Assembly: GCA_963747695.1 (NCBI GenBank)
Contig: CAVVFV010000008.1
Span: forward strand, 203,592-267,591
DNA length: 64,000 bases
Direction of reading: 5' to 3'
Source: Candidatus Falkowbacteria bacterium
Lineage (GTDB): Bacteria; Patescibacteriota; Patescibacteriia; Patescibacteriales; WJLG01
Shown piece after piece: positions 45,277 to 58,020 of this stretch. Both the position numbers and the translations under genes were made by a program. The notes under the pieces were generated by a model, which did not search any database, was not told the origin of the DNA, and saw only the letters and a program-made list of their open reading frames with translations. How positions within the stretch are numbered: position 1 is the first letter of the stretch; the number at the start of each line of letters is the position of its first letter.

Positions 45277-46095
45277 ATGAAATTAATATCTTGGAACGTC
45301 AACGGCATCAGGGCCGCGGTTAAAAAAGGCTTTGTCGATTTTTTGCAAAACGAAAGGCCGGATATCTTGTGTTTGCAGGAAATCAAGATTTCCGATTCAG
45401 CTAAGCGCGAAGAAGTTTTTGATTTTGCCGGTTACCAGGAATTTTGGCATTCGGCCGTCAAGCCGGGGTATGCCGGGACGATGACCTTAGTTAGGGATAA
45501 TTTAATCAGTGAAACGGCCGTAACACACCCCGTCTCGCGAGGCGCGAGCCACCCCTCTCGAGAGGGGAATAAATTTATCGGGCTCGTGGAATTTCCCGAT
45601 GATCCGGAAGGCCGGGTGCAGATTTTGGAATTCGAGAAATTTTATTTGTGCAACATCTATTTTGTCAACGCCCAGCGCGGTTTGACCAGGCTGAAACATA
45701 AAATGGAATGGGAGGATCGCCTGTTGAAGTTCTTGAAAAAATTGGATAAGAAAAAATCGCTGGTCATTTGCGGCGATTATAATGTCGCTCACGAGGAAAT
45801 CGATATCGCCCGTCCCAAAGAGAATAAAAAAAATGCCGGTTTCACCCCGGAGGAGCGGGCCTGGATGACTAAATTTCTTAAAGCCGGTTTCGTCGACGTC
45901 TTCCGTAACCAGCATCCGGACAAGATCCAATATAGTTGGTGGACTTTTTATGCCAATGCCCGGGCCCGCAACATCGGCTGGCGCATTGACTATTTTTGCG
46001 TTTCAGCGTATCTTGTTAAGTCAGTCAAAAGTTCTTTTATAATGGATCAAGTCCAGGGATCGGACCATTGTCCGGTCGGCGTCATTTTAAAATAA
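45277..46095 (+). CDS. xth: exodeoxyribonuclease III with a 17-codon repeat-element insertion
   Basis: SWNVNGIRA, LCLQEIK, EGRV, CGDYNVAH, WRIDYF, GSDHCPV. Confidence 0.9.
   Translation: MKLISWNVNGIRAAVKKGFVDFLQNERPDILCLQEIKISDSAKREEVFDFAGYQEFWHSAVKPGYAGTMTLVRDNLISETAVTHPVSRGASHPSREGNKFIGLVEFPDDPEGRVQILEFEKFYLCNIYFVNAQRGLTRLKHKMEWEDRLLKFLKKLDKKKSLVICGDYNVAHEEIDIARPKENKKNAGFTPEERAWMTKFLKAGFVDVFRNQHPDKIQYSWWTFYANARARNIGWRIDYFCVSAYLVKSVKSSFIMDQVQGSDHCPVGVILK
45520..45570 (+). repeat. K'-type GC-rich element inserted in frame in xth
   Basis: gtaacacaccccgtctcgcgaggcgcgagccacccctctcgagaggggaat; nearly the reverse complement of intergenic 24430-24481. Confidence 0.85.
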
Positions 46096-46296
46096 GCGCC
46101 GGCCTTGTCGGAAGTCTTGGCAGAAAACAAGGATTTGGAAAGGGGAGGGTATGAAGAACTTTTTTTCCAGCAGCTTATGTCTTTTAGCTTTTGCAGGTAT
46201 GCTATTTTTGTCGATCTTTTCGAAGAAAGCCGGAGAGATGCTGGAGGACATTTTTCTGGATATTTTGGCGGTTGCCGATTGGGAAAATTAGGAGGG

Positions 46297-46473
46297 ATGA
46301 TGGAAAACAAAAAAAGCTCAGTTTCACCGGCCATTTTTTTCGGCGCAATCAGTGTTCTTGTCCGAGTCTTGTTTTACGGCTCAATTCTGGGATCGCTCGT
46401 TCTGCTGGAAATTTTGGTTATTAATCCGATCAAAAACATGTTTCAACGGGTATTTTTCGGGAAAAGCGGCTAA
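46297..46473 (+). CDS. possible 58-aa membrane peptide
   Basis: ATG 46297 behind SD aggaggg; MMENKKSSVSPAIFFGAISVLVRVLFYGSILGSLVLLEILVI; hairpin over the stop. Confidence 0.4.
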   Translation: MMENKKSSVSPAIFFGAISVLVRVLFYGSILGSLVLLEILVINPIKNMFQRVFFGKSG

Positions 46474-46498
46474 TTGGCGGCCGCTTTTATATTTGCTA

Positions 46499-46527
46499 TT
46501 GACTTTTTAACATATTTGTTATATAAT
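46499..46527 (+). promoter_or_regulatory. consensus-like sigma70 promoter
   Basis: TTGACT 46499-46504, 17-nt spacer, TATAAT 46522-46527. Confidence 0.55.
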
Positions 46528-46578
46528 ATAATTTAGCTCATTGTTAATATTCCATAATCTTTACCGAAAGGACATTCC

Positions 46579-46839
46579 GTGAAAAAAATGAAGCAAAGGA
46601 TCGACAGGCTGACCGCGAAGATTACCGACAAGATTGGCGTAAAAACCATGGCCATCTTACTCGTCAATGCAATCTTTGCCTCCGCCTGGTTGGTCTGCCA
46701 GAATGATCTCTCGAAATACGGAGTCAGCGCCTATGCTGTGGCCAGCGTTTTGGCCTTGGCCATCGCGGCGCTTCCAGCCATGGACAACATCACGCTTGAT
46801 GATCTGGTCCTGACGCCTCCCGAGATTACGGAAAAATAA
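46579..46839 (+). CDS. hypothetical two-helix membrane protein (86 aa)
   Basis: GTG start (ATG 46588 alternative); followed by a terminator. Confidence 0.45.
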   Translation: MKKMKQRIDRLTAKITDKIGVKTMAILLVNAIFASAWLVCQNDLSKYGVSAYAVASVLALAIAALPAMDNITLDDLVLTPPEITEK

Positions 46840-46859
46840 GTTCAAAAACATCTCAAACG

Positions 46860-46892
46860 AAGGCGGCTGATAAATTTATCGGTCGCCTTTTT
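46860..46892 (+). terminator. rho-independent terminator
   Basis: aggcggctgata / tatcggtcgcct stem + T5. Confidence 0.65.
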
Positions 46893-46958
46893 CATTTGCA
46901 ATTTGCCGATTTTTCAGCTAAAATGATAAGTGAATAATCTAGTATTCGGTATTTTTTT

Positions 46959-49811
<2,853 letters not shown>

Positions 49812-49822
49812 TTATCAAAGAA

Positions 49823-50263
49823 ATGGCAGCTAAAAAGGATTATTCAGTCGCGAGCGTAATTGCAATTTATTTTTTACTCTCCAGCCTGCTGATTTGGTTC
49901 TTCCGCCATTTTCTTTATGCCTTGATATCTTTACCTTCGGCAAGTTTCGTTTTCGACGAACGATCTATCTATTATTTGTATTATCTTGCGGTAATTATTG
50001 CGGTTTTAGCGAGTTGTCCGCTCGGTTGCCGGATCGCGGCCGCTTTAGTGAAGAATAAATATAAAAAAGAGGCCGGTGGAAAAATCGTCCTCGTTTCCGC
50101 GGCGCTTTATATCGTTTTAACTTTAGGCGTCTTGATAAATAATTCATTGAAGCGGGGGAAAATCGACCTGGATTTCTTCTTTGGCGTCGCAGTCTTTGTC
50201 GTTATGAATGTTTTATATTATTTTTTTACCAGATTATACATCGGCCGAAATTTTTTAAAATAA
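49823..50263 (+). CDS. hypothetical four-helix membrane protein (146 aa)
   Basis: Intact ORF 11 nt after leuS; hydrophobic spans. Confidence 0.5.
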   Translation: MAAKKDYSVASVIAIYFLLSSLLIWFFRHFLYALISLPSASFVFDERSIYYLYYLAVIIAVLASCPLGCRIAAALVKNKYKKEAGGKIVLVSAALYIVLTLGVLINNSLKRGKIDLDFFFGVAVFVVMNVLYYFFTRLYIGRNFLK

Positions 50264-50298
50264 ATTTTTAATTTTGCATTTTTAATTTTTGATTGATT

Positions 50299-51537
50299 AT
50301 GTTCCGTTCCATCAATCTTAAAGGCCGGCTGTCCGGCGGTTTGGTTGCCATTTATTCCTCGCGGATGATTTTGAATATCGGCTCTTCGCTGATGGGTCTC
50401 TTTCTGCCGATTTTTTTATTTCAGGTTTTCGGTTCCAAGTTGAGCTATACGCTGATTTATTTTCTCATCTATTACTCTTCTTATTTTTTCTTGGTGGCTG
50501 TGGGCGCCAAATTTTCGCTCAATCGAGCCGGGATAAAATGGGCCATCATCATCAGTACGATCTTCGGCGCCGTTTACTTCGTCATCCTTTATTTCATCAC
50601 CGGTCCGCGGGGGATGATCGAAACGGCGGCCGGGATGAATCACACCAGCGTTTTGATCTTTTTGGGCATTTCGATTATGTTCACGGCGCTGCAGGATCTG
50701 ACCTATTGGGTTCCGGTGCATACCGAGATGTCCAAGTTCACCGATCGAGCGAACCGCGCTAAACAATTATCCTTTCTCGAGTCGAGTTCGATCGCCTTCA
50801 ATGCGATCGGCCCGCTTTTTGCCGGCTGGATTTTGTTGACTTCCGGCTACAATATCCTCTTTGCCATCACGGTTTTTATTACTATCCTTTCGATCGTGCC
50901 GCTGTTCTATCTGCCTCCGACTGAAGAAAGGTTCAGCTGGACTTACCGGGAGACCTGGAAAGAATTATTTTCCAAAAAAAGGCAGAAAGCCGTCCTGGCC
51001 TTTATGGGCGATGGCGCCGAGAATGTCGTTTCCGGCATCGTCTGGCCGATTTTTATCTGGGAAATCCTCAAGGGAAATTATTTTTCGGTTGGCGCGATTT
51101 CGTCCCTGATAGTTTTATCGACGATTATTTTGGAATTGCTGGTCGGCAAATACGCCGACTCGGCGCGGCGCGGCAAAATTCTGCACTGGGGAACGGTTCT
51201 CTATGCCCTGGGCTGGCTGATTAAGATTTTTATCGACACGGCTTTCCAGATTTTCATCGTCAGCACTTATCATAACCTGGTCCGCCTTTTTACCCGCACG
51301 CCGTTCGACACCTTGCTTTATGAGCACGCCGCCGACCAGGGGCATTATGTCGATGAATATACCGTGATCCATGAAATGGCCTTGATGATCGGCCGGATCC
51401 TGATCATCCTGCTGATCTTGATTCTGGTGCCGCTGTTCGGGATCGGCACGACTTTTATTTTGGCGGCTATCGCGACCCTGTTAATGAATTTTTTGGTCGA
51501 CGAAAAAACCGTTCAGGAAATCAAAGCGAGAATATAA
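50299..51537 (+). CDS. MFS-type transporter
   Basis: About 12 hydrophobic spans in 6+6 arrangement with a central charged loop; ATG 50299 preferred over TTG 50293. Confidence 0.6.
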   Translation: MFRSINLKGRLSGGLVAIYSSRMILNIGSSLMGLFLPIFLFQVFGSKLSYTLIYFLIYYSSYFFLVAVGAKFSLNRAGIKWAIIISTIFGAVYFVILYFITGPRGMIETAAGMNHTSVLIFLGISIMFTALQDLTYWVPVHTEMSKFTDRANRAKQLSFLESSSIAFNAIGPLFAGWILLTSGYNILFAITVFITILSIVPLFYLPPTEERFSWTYRETWKELFSKKRQKAVLAFMGDGAENVVSGIVWPIFIWEILKGNYFSVGAISSLIVLSTIILELLVGKYADSARRGKILHWGTVLYALGWLIKIFIDTAFQIFIVSTYHNLVRLFTRTPFDTLLYEHAADQGHYVDEYTVIHEMALMIGRILIILLILILVPLFGIGTTFILAAIATLLMNFLVDEKTVQEIKARI

Positions 51538-51540
51538 ACT

Positions 51541-51659
51541 TGATGCGAATACTACAAATTTTGCGCGAATACCGCGAATAAATTAACGAATTATCTAAAA
51601 ATAATTCGCTAAATAGTTCGTAGTATTCGCGAACAATTCGTAGGTTCGCATCATATTTT
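51541..51659. repeat. B-family ~120-bp palindromic element
   Basis: tgatgcgaatactacaaattttgcgcgaataccgcgaat ... ttcgtagtattcgcgaacaattcgtaggttcgcatcatatttt runs into rsmA ATG. Confidence 0.8.
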
Positions 51660-52508
51660 ATGGATTTATTGGAAAGGACAAAGGAGATTTGTAAACTTTA
51701 TGATATCTGGCCTTCGCGCTCCAAGGGACAGAATTTTTTAGTTTCCGAAAGCGTCTATGATAAAATCGTCGCCGCAGCCGGTTTAACCAAGGATGATACG
51801 GTTTTGGAAGTCGGCCCGGGTTTGGGATTCCTGACCGCCGAATTGGCAAAGGCTGCCAAGCAAGTGATCGCTGTCGAGCTTGACGATAAACTCGCTGCTT
51901 ATTTAAAAGATGCTTTACAAGCCAATGAGGTTGATAATGTCGAGGTGGTTAACGAAAATATTTTGGATTTAGATTTTAAAAATATACGAAATACGAAATA
52001 CGAAATACGAAATACTAATTTTAAGATCGTTGCCAACCTTCCTTATAATATAACCTCGGTTTTTCTTAGAAAATTTCTCTCCAATGAGCCGCGTCCGGAA
52101 TCGATGGTTTTGCTGCTGCAGAAAGAAGTGGCCGAGCGCATTTGCGCCCAGCCCGGCGATATGTCTTTGTTGGCTCTGTCGGTGCAATTTTATGCTGAGC
52201 CGGAAATCATCGATTTTGTGCCGAATCATGATTTTTGGCCGGCGCCGAAAGTGGACTCAGCTATCATTAAGATAAAAGTTAAGAGAGAAGAGAGAAGAGA
52301 TGCTGACGAGAAGGATTTCTTCCGTTTGGCGAAGTTCGGGTTTTCGGCACGGCGCAAGATGCTCAAGAATAATCTGGCCGGCGGCTTGCATATCAAGCCA
52401 GCCGAGGCGGAAGCGATCTTGGTCAAAGCCGGTTTTAATCCCAAGATCAGGGCGGAAGATTTAGGGGTCGGGGATTGGGAAAGGATTATCAAATTGTTAT
52501 ATTGTTAA
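51660..52508 (+). CDS. rsmA: 16S rRNA (adenine1518/1519-N6)-dimethyltransferase
   Basis: SKGQNFL, VLEVGPGLGFLT (SAM motif I), ANLPYNITS. Confidence 0.9.
   Translation: MDLLERTKEICKLYDIWPSRSKGQNFLVSESVYDKIVAAAGLTKDDTVLEVGPGLGFLTAELAKAAKQVIAVELDDKLAAYLKDALQANEVDNVEVVNENILDLDFKNIRNTKYEIRNTNFKIVANLPYNITSVFLRKFLSNEPRPESMVLLLQKEVAERICAQPGDMSLLALSVQFYAEPEIIDFVPNHDFWPAPKVDSAIIKIKVKREERRDADEKDFFRLAKFGFSARRKMLKNNLAGGLHIKPAEAEAILVKAGFNPKIRAEDLGVGDWERIIKLLYC
51984..52015 (+). repeat. tandem heptanucleotide repeat (atacgaa x4.6) inside rsmA
   Basis: atacgaaatacgaaatacgaaatacgaaatac read directly; encodes IRNTKYEIRNT. Confidence 0.9.
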
Positions 52509-52580
52509 ATTGCTATATTGTTGCGCAACGAGATATTTTTTTCGTAGCACAACAATATAACAATATAGCAGTATAGCAAT
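52493..52580. repeat. A-family word palindrome overlapping the rsmA 3' end
   Basis: attgttatattgttaaattgctatattgttgcgcaacg ... cgtagcacaacaatataacaatatagcagtatagcaat; the last rsmA codons (LLYC-stop) lie in the left arm. Confidence 0.7.
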
Positions 52581-52650
52581 AAGATGATTATTGTTTTTTT
52601 TCGCCTAAATATGTTATAATTATGGACAAAGAAGATAAGCGGACTTTCGC

Positions 52651-53262
52651 ATGGCCGAGACGAAGAAAAACCTTGATAAAAAACAAAAGTTGGCTTTAGC
52701 CGGGTTGGCTGTTTTTGGTTTTATTCTGGTCGTAATCTGGCTTTTCCAATTGAACAGCGAGATTGTCGGGCCGCTCGCGGTCAATTTTTCCCCTGCTAAT
52801 ACGGCCGCGACCGCGGCTCAAACCGCCGAGGATAAATTAAAAAGCCAGGATACTGACGGTGATGGTTTATCGGATTGGGATGAAATAAATGTTTACCACA
52901 CCTCGCCTTACTTGGCGGATTCGGACAGCGACGGTATTCCCGACGGCGTGGAAGTTGCCAACGGCACTGATCCGAATTGTCCCCAGGGAAAAGATTGCGC
53001 TAATTTGGCGCCGATTGAAGCTTCGGGAACCAGCCCGGTTATCGGTCTGATCGGTGATAATACTTCGGCGGCAAGTTCGAGTCTGTCGGCCGCCAGTTCG
53101 ACGGCAATGATAAATTTGCTGACCGGCGCGACCGATGCCGCCACTTTAAGGAAGATTTTATTGCAGGCGGGAATGGACAAGGCTTCGCTTGATCAGATTA
53201 GTGATGAAGATTTGATCCAAAATTATCAACAGTTACTGGCCTCGAGCACCCCGGCGCAATAA
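52651..53262 (+). CDS. membrane-anchored protein with thrombospondin-type-3-like calcium-binding repeats
   Basis: N-terminal TM; DTDGDGLSDWDE and DSDSDGIPDGVE DxDxDG repeats; S/A-rich tail. Confidence 0.65.
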   Translation: MAETKKNLDKKQKLALAGLAVFGFILVVIWLFQLNSEIVGPLAVNFSPANTAATAAQTAEDKLKSQDTDGDGLSDWDEINVYHTSPYLADSDSDGIPDGVEVANGTDPNCPQGKDCANLAPIEASGTSPVIGLIGDNTSAASSSLSAASSTAMINLLTGATDAATLRKILLQAGMDKASLDQISDEDLIQNYQQLLASSTPAQ

Positions 53263-53298
53263 TCAACTCGGATTACATTCAATATATTATTTTAAATT

Positions 53299-56200
53299 AT
53301 GCGTTTTCAAACCGATCCAACCAAACAGGGAAAAAGAGGAAAGTTGGTGAAGATTTTGGCAGCCGTTTTTTTGGTTTTTTTCATCTCCTCATCCTTCGTG
53401 TTTATGGCGCCGCAGCCGGCCCGAGCTGATTTACCCGTCGTTGACCTTTTGGGCAACGCCATTTCCACCGGCAAGACCATTTGGGATAAAATTCAGAACG
53501 TTTTGAAAGTTCTTCTGGTCAAGGTGGCAGGTACGGCCGTTGAAACGGCTCTCTCGCATACTTTGCAAACGATCGCCTATGATGAAGCGACCTATTTGGG
53601 AACCGGCGGTACCGGGCAGAAACCGCTTTGGCAGACCGGTAATGTCGAAACTATCATGTCGAATGTCGGTCAAGACGCCGCCGGCAGCTTTATTTCCAGC
53701 TTGGATAAACAGTTCGGCGTCAACCTTTGTTCGCCGGATATTTCCGTAAAATTATCAATCGGCTTAGGTCTGGTCGGAGCGGTCAGACCGCCCGCGCCGG
53801 ATTGCACCTGGAGCCAATTATCATCGAACTGGGACGCGGCGATCAAGAAATATTCCTCTTTGAACGGCCAGGGTTTTTTGAAAGAATTCGCCCAGTCGTT
53901 CGACGTTACCGGCGGCAAGACCGATCTTTCCGCCGCTTTTTCCGTGCAGCAAGGGATGTGGGCGGCGCAAGGTCAGGCCTCTTTCAACCAGCAATTGCAG
54001 ATGACTGCCGGTTCGGCCGGGCTGATGCTTGATAATCGCAATATCGCCGGAACAGTCCAAGGAGTACCGGGGAAATCTCAGAAAGATTTTGATACTACTA
54101 TGGCGGCGCAAAAAGCCGCGCTGATGAAAACGACCGGAAGCGATCTCTCCGATCTGGTTTCGATTTTTGTCAACCAGCTGACGATCACGGGCATGCAGAC
54201 GATTATGAAAAAATTCACCCAGTCCCTGAATCAGCCGGCGGCGCAGTCGAGCATCACCAATCCTTATGCCGCGCCTCAATCCGGCGGACTTGCCGCCGCG
54301 CAAGGCGTTTTGCACAAGATAATCGAACCTTCCTTTAATACCAAAGCGGATTATGATATCTTGCAGCAATTGTCAGTTTGCAATGTCGGAGTCTTGGGCG
54401 GCGTCGGCCCGACCGATTGCGTGATTGATGATAATTTCAGCCAAGCGATCTCCAATAAGGAAACCGTTGGGGAAGCTTTTGCCAACGATACCAAACCTTT
54501 CGGATTTATCGCCCCCGGAATCGAACCTTCCTATACGCAAGGCTATCCTTACCGTTCAATGTCCATCTTGCGCAAATATCGGATCATTCCGGTTGGCTGG
54601 GAATTGGCGGCCCAATACATTAATACTCATTTTTCCGATCCCGAGGTTGCCAATCATAATAAATTGCAAGATTTGATCGCCTGCTACGACCCCAACGATC
54701 TCTATCCCGGTTTTTACGCCGATTGGTGCCGCGGTTTGATTGATCCGACTTGGGTGTTGAAAGCGCCGCAGAATTATTGCACCAAAGAAGGCTATGGCCC
54801 GCAGATCTTGAGCGCGCAATCGGTTTCCGGCGGCGTGGACGGCAATGGCAATCCTTTGCAGTCGCAGCTTCAAGTGGTCCGCTCTGATTCCTATTGCGGG
54901 GATGAGCAATCCTGCATCAAGGAAAACGACGACGGCTCATGCTATAAATTCGGCTACTGCACCGAAGACAAGCGGCTGTGGAAATTCGGCACTGCCGGTT
55001 CCTGCGACGCGCAATATAACACTTGCCAGACTTTCACCAACGCGGCGAGCGGCGCGCAGGTTTCTTATTTGAAAAATACTTTGCAATATTGCAGCCAGAC
55101 CAATGCCGGCTGCCAGCAATACGCGATCGCTTCCGCCGACGGTTATTCTTCCTCAACCGATACGCTGGATTGGACGAAAAGTTCGGATTCGGTTTTCCTT
55201 AACGCCCAGGCGCATACTTGCGATCAAAGCAATGAAGGCTGCCATGAATTTATGCGCATCGCTCCGGGGCTGGGCACTAACCTGGTGATCAATTCCAATT
55301 TTGTCAATGATACCGAAAATAATCCGCCGGCTCATTGGTCGTCGGATTCAGCCTCGGCGGTGACAGTCACTTCCAACTATCCGGCCGGCCAGACCGGTTT
55401 GGTCGCCGCGGTAAATTCCAATTCGCAAGAGGCTTTTTATTCCAAGGATTGGTCGGTCGCTGTGACTAATTTTGTTTCCGCCTTCCCGGAAGGTTTCGTG
55501 ATGGAGCCGGAAGTTTCTTATACTTTGAGCGCTGAAGTTTATTTGCAAAGCGGCAGCAGCGTGACGATCGGCATCGGCCGGGAGGGGAGCACCTGGAAAG
55601 AAGTCAACACGACGGCCGCCGGCTGGCAGCCGCTTTCTGTTACGCTTCTCAACAATAGCGATATCCTTGCCAATGAAATAAGGATTTATGGCTCAGGCAG
55701 CAGTGCTTCTTTCTATGTTACTGATATAAAATTTGAAGTCGGCGCAGCGGCAACGGCGTTCAGCACTTATTACAGCAACAATCTGGTTAATGAAAAGTTT
55801 ATGCCGGCTTATTTGCAAGATGCCTGCTATACCGACGCGGAGCACGGCGATTTCAGTTTGCGCGATAGCGCGCCCCCGATTTGCAATAATTTCGCGCGTG
55901 AGTGCAATCGGGACGAAGCCGGCTGCGATTCTTTCACCAACAATGATAACCCGGGCCTGGCGATTCCAGCCGCCATTACTGATGTCGATGCCTGCCCGCA
56001 AGTGTGCGACGGCTACAATACTTTTATCCAGAGCGAAAATAATTTTTCTTCCGCCCATGTTAAATATTTCATCCCGAGTACCGCTCAGACTTGTTCGGCG
56101 GCAGCCTCAGGCTGCCGCGAATTCACCAATCTCGCTTCCAGCACGGCCGGCGGCGAGCAGAAAGAGTATTATTCTTATCTGCGCCAATGCGTCAAGCCGA

Positions 56201-58020
56201 CCGATCCGGGCATTACCTGCGGCGATTATTATGCTTGGGAAGGCAGCGGCACCGGCGGCCAGCAATTGGTCAAATACAATTTGGAAGTGAGCGCTAATGG
56301 CACAGGACCCCAGGTGACCAGCCCTGACTCGGCTCTGTGCAGTCCGCTGGTTTACGGCTACAACCCTTTCAATCCGGCGGCTAATGCCGATTGCCGGCAA
56401 TTCTATGATAATGCGGGCCACATCTCTTATCATCTTTATTCCCGCACTGTTTCCTGCAGCAGCGCTTGCTCGAATTATCGCCTGACTCAAAAAGATACGC
56501 TTGATAATGTTGCTGATTCCGGCACCTGCGCGACCGCCGGCGGCAATTGGGATGACGCGGCGCAAGCCTGCTATGCCTGCAAAAATGGCGGCGTTTGGGA
56601 TGCCAATCAAGGCGCTTGCGTCTATCAGGCGCTCAAGACCGAGAGCACTGCTTGTTCCGCCGCTGACAACGGCTGTTCGGAGTATAACGGCAACGGCGGC
56701 GCCAATACCGAGACGATGTTTTTCGATGATTTCGAAGCAGGAACGACCGACGGCTGGGGCGGCCACCAAGCCGGCATCGATACTGCCGCTTATGTCGCCG
56801 GCACTCATTCTTTCCAATTCAGCAATTCCATGGAAAAGAATATCGGCACGACCACGGTCACCCAAGGCTCGTCTTACGTTCTGACCTTCCTCGCCAAGAC
56901 CGATAATACCGACGTCGAACTGGGAGCCGAGATTAATAATCAAACTGATCCGGCTTTGGCTTTTGATAAATCAGTGGTGGTTAAGGCCGGCGAATGGCGG
57001 ATTTACAGTTTGAGCCTGCCGGTTGTCAATCAGTCGATTACCGACGGCGAGACTTTGACCATCAAAACCATTACCGGTTCTGATCAGATTTATATCGATA
57101 ATATCCAACTGGTAAAAATATCCGACCGTTATTACCTGGTCGATGGTTCCTGGAATACTCCGGCTTCTTGTGATCAGGATACCAACCACAATCCTTATCC
57201 GTTGTTCGCTCTGGGTTGCGCCTCGTATAATGATCATCTGGGCGTTACCAAATATCTGCACAGCTTCGATCGGATCTGCCAGCCTTCGGCGGTCGGCTGC
57301 GAGGCGATCATCGATACGCAAAATACCGCTTCAGCCGATGCGGATGTTTCGCACGGCGCGACCACGACCGTGCCGGCCGACCGGATGATCTACGCCCGCT
57401 ATGACCAAAGCCTGCTCTGCGACAAGACCGACCAAGGCTGCGAACGGCTTGGTTTGAAAACTTCTTATGGCGGCGAAGCCACTTATCAGGATAGTTATTT
57501 ATTGAATAACGCTGATAATTACGGTTTCATCCTTTGCGGCCAGGGAGGAGTCGGCTGCGATCTGTATAATTATACTTCGGGCAATACGGCGGCCGCGGCG
57601 CAAACTTATTTCAAAGATCCGGGCAATCAGGTTTGCGAATGGCGCCAGTCGTCGGCAGTCGCTTCCAACAACGGTTGGGGCTGGTATAAGAAAAAAGTGA
57701 CGCGCTGCAACGGCACGGATAATATCTGCGCCTCGAACGCGGACTGTTCGGCCGGAACCTGTATTTTGGAAACGGCCGACACTCCGTGTCCGACCGATAA
57801 ATTAAAAACCATCGGCGCGGGAGGCTTAGGCAACGAAGTATATCAACCAGGGAGCGATGGGCAATATCAATGGGCTGGGCTTTGTCCGGACGATCAGTCA
57901 AGCTGCACGGAATATATCGATCCGGTCAGCAGTTTTTCCGGTAACGTTGTGGCCAACGCCGACTTCAGCCAGAATATCGGCAATCAGCCGAATGCGGCTG
58001 ATAACTGGGATAATAAATAA
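53299..58020 (+). CDS. giant cysteine-rich surface protein, segment 1 (1573 aa)
   Basis: Signal/anchor KILAAVFLVFFISSSFVFMAPQPARA; many Cys; jelly-roll/CBM-like modules ending FYVTDIKFEV (55282-55740) and IYIDNIQLVKI (56719-57120). Confidence 0.75.
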   Translation: MRFQTDPTKQGKRGKLVKILAAVFLVFFISSSFVFMAPQPARADLPVVDLLGNAISTGKTIWDKIQNVLKVLLVKVAGTAVETALSHTLQTIAYDEATYLGTGGTGQKPLWQTGNVETIMSNVGQDAAGSFISSLDKQFGVNLCSPDISVKLSIGLGLVGAVRPPAPDCTWSQLSSNWDAAIKKYSSLNGQGFLKEFAQSFDVTGGKTDLSAAFSVQQGMWAAQGQASFNQQLQMTAGSAGLMLDNRNIAGTVQGVPGKSQKDFDTTMAAQKAALMKTTGSDLSDLVSIFVNQLTITGMQTIMKKFTQSLNQPAAQSSITNPYAAPQSGGLAAAQGVLHKIIEPSFNTKADYDILQQLSVCNVGVLGGVGPTDCVIDDNFSQAISNKETVGEAFANDTKPFGFIAPGIEPSYTQGYPYRSMSILRKYRIIPVGWELAAQYINTHFSDPEVANHNKLQDLIACYDPNDLYPGFYADWCRGLIDPTWVLKAPQNYCTKEGYGPQILSAQSVSGGVDGNGNPLQSQLQVVRSDSYCGDEQSCIKENDDGSCYKFGYCTEDKRLWKFGTAGSCDAQYNTCQTFTNAASGAQVSYLKNTLQYCSQTNAGCQQYAIASADGYSSSTDTLDWTKSSDSVFLNAQAHTCDQSNEGCHEFMRIAPGLGTNLVINSNFVNDTENNPPAHWSSDSASAVTVTSNYPAGQTGLVAAVNSNSQEAFYSKDWSVAVTNFVSAFPEGFVMEPEVSYTLSAEVYLQSGSSVTIGIGREGSTWKEVNTTAAGWQPLSVTLLNNSDILANEIRIYGSGSSASFYVTDIKFEVGAAATAFSTYYSNNLVNEKFMPAYLQDACYTDAEHGDFSLRDSAPPICNNFARECNRDEAGCDSFTNNDNPGLAIPAAITDVDACPQVCDGYNTFIQSENNFSSAHVKYFIPSTAQTCSAAASGCREFTNLASSTAGGEQKEYYSYLRQCVKPTDPGITCGDYYAWEGSGTGGQQLVKYNLEVSANGTGPQVTSPDSALCSPLVYGYNPFNPAANADCRQFYDNAGHISYHLYSRTVSCSSACSNYRLTQKDTLDNVADSGTCATAGGNWDDAAQACYACKNGGVWDANQGACVYQALKTESTACSAADNGCSEYNGNGGANTETMFFDDFEAGTTDGWGGHQAGIDTAAYVAGTHSFQFSNSMEKNIGTTTVTQGSSYVLTFLAKTDNTDVELGAEINNQTDPALAFDKSVVVKAGEWRIYSLSLPVVNQSITDGETLTIKTITGSDQIYIDNIQLVKISDRYYLVDGSWNTPASCDQDTNHNPYPLFALGCASYNDHLGVTKYLHSFDRICQPSAVGCEAIIDTQNTASADADVSHGATTTVPADRMIYARYDQSLLCDKTDQGCERLGLKTSYGGEATYQDSYLLNNADNYGFILCGQGGVGCDLYNYTSGNTAAAAQTYFKDPGNQVCEWRQSSAVASNNGWGWYKKKVTRCNGTDNICASNADCSAGTCILETADTPCPTDKLKTIGAGGLGNEVYQPGSDGQYQWAGLCPDDQSSCTEYIDPVSSFSGNVVANADFSQNIGNQPNAADNWDNK

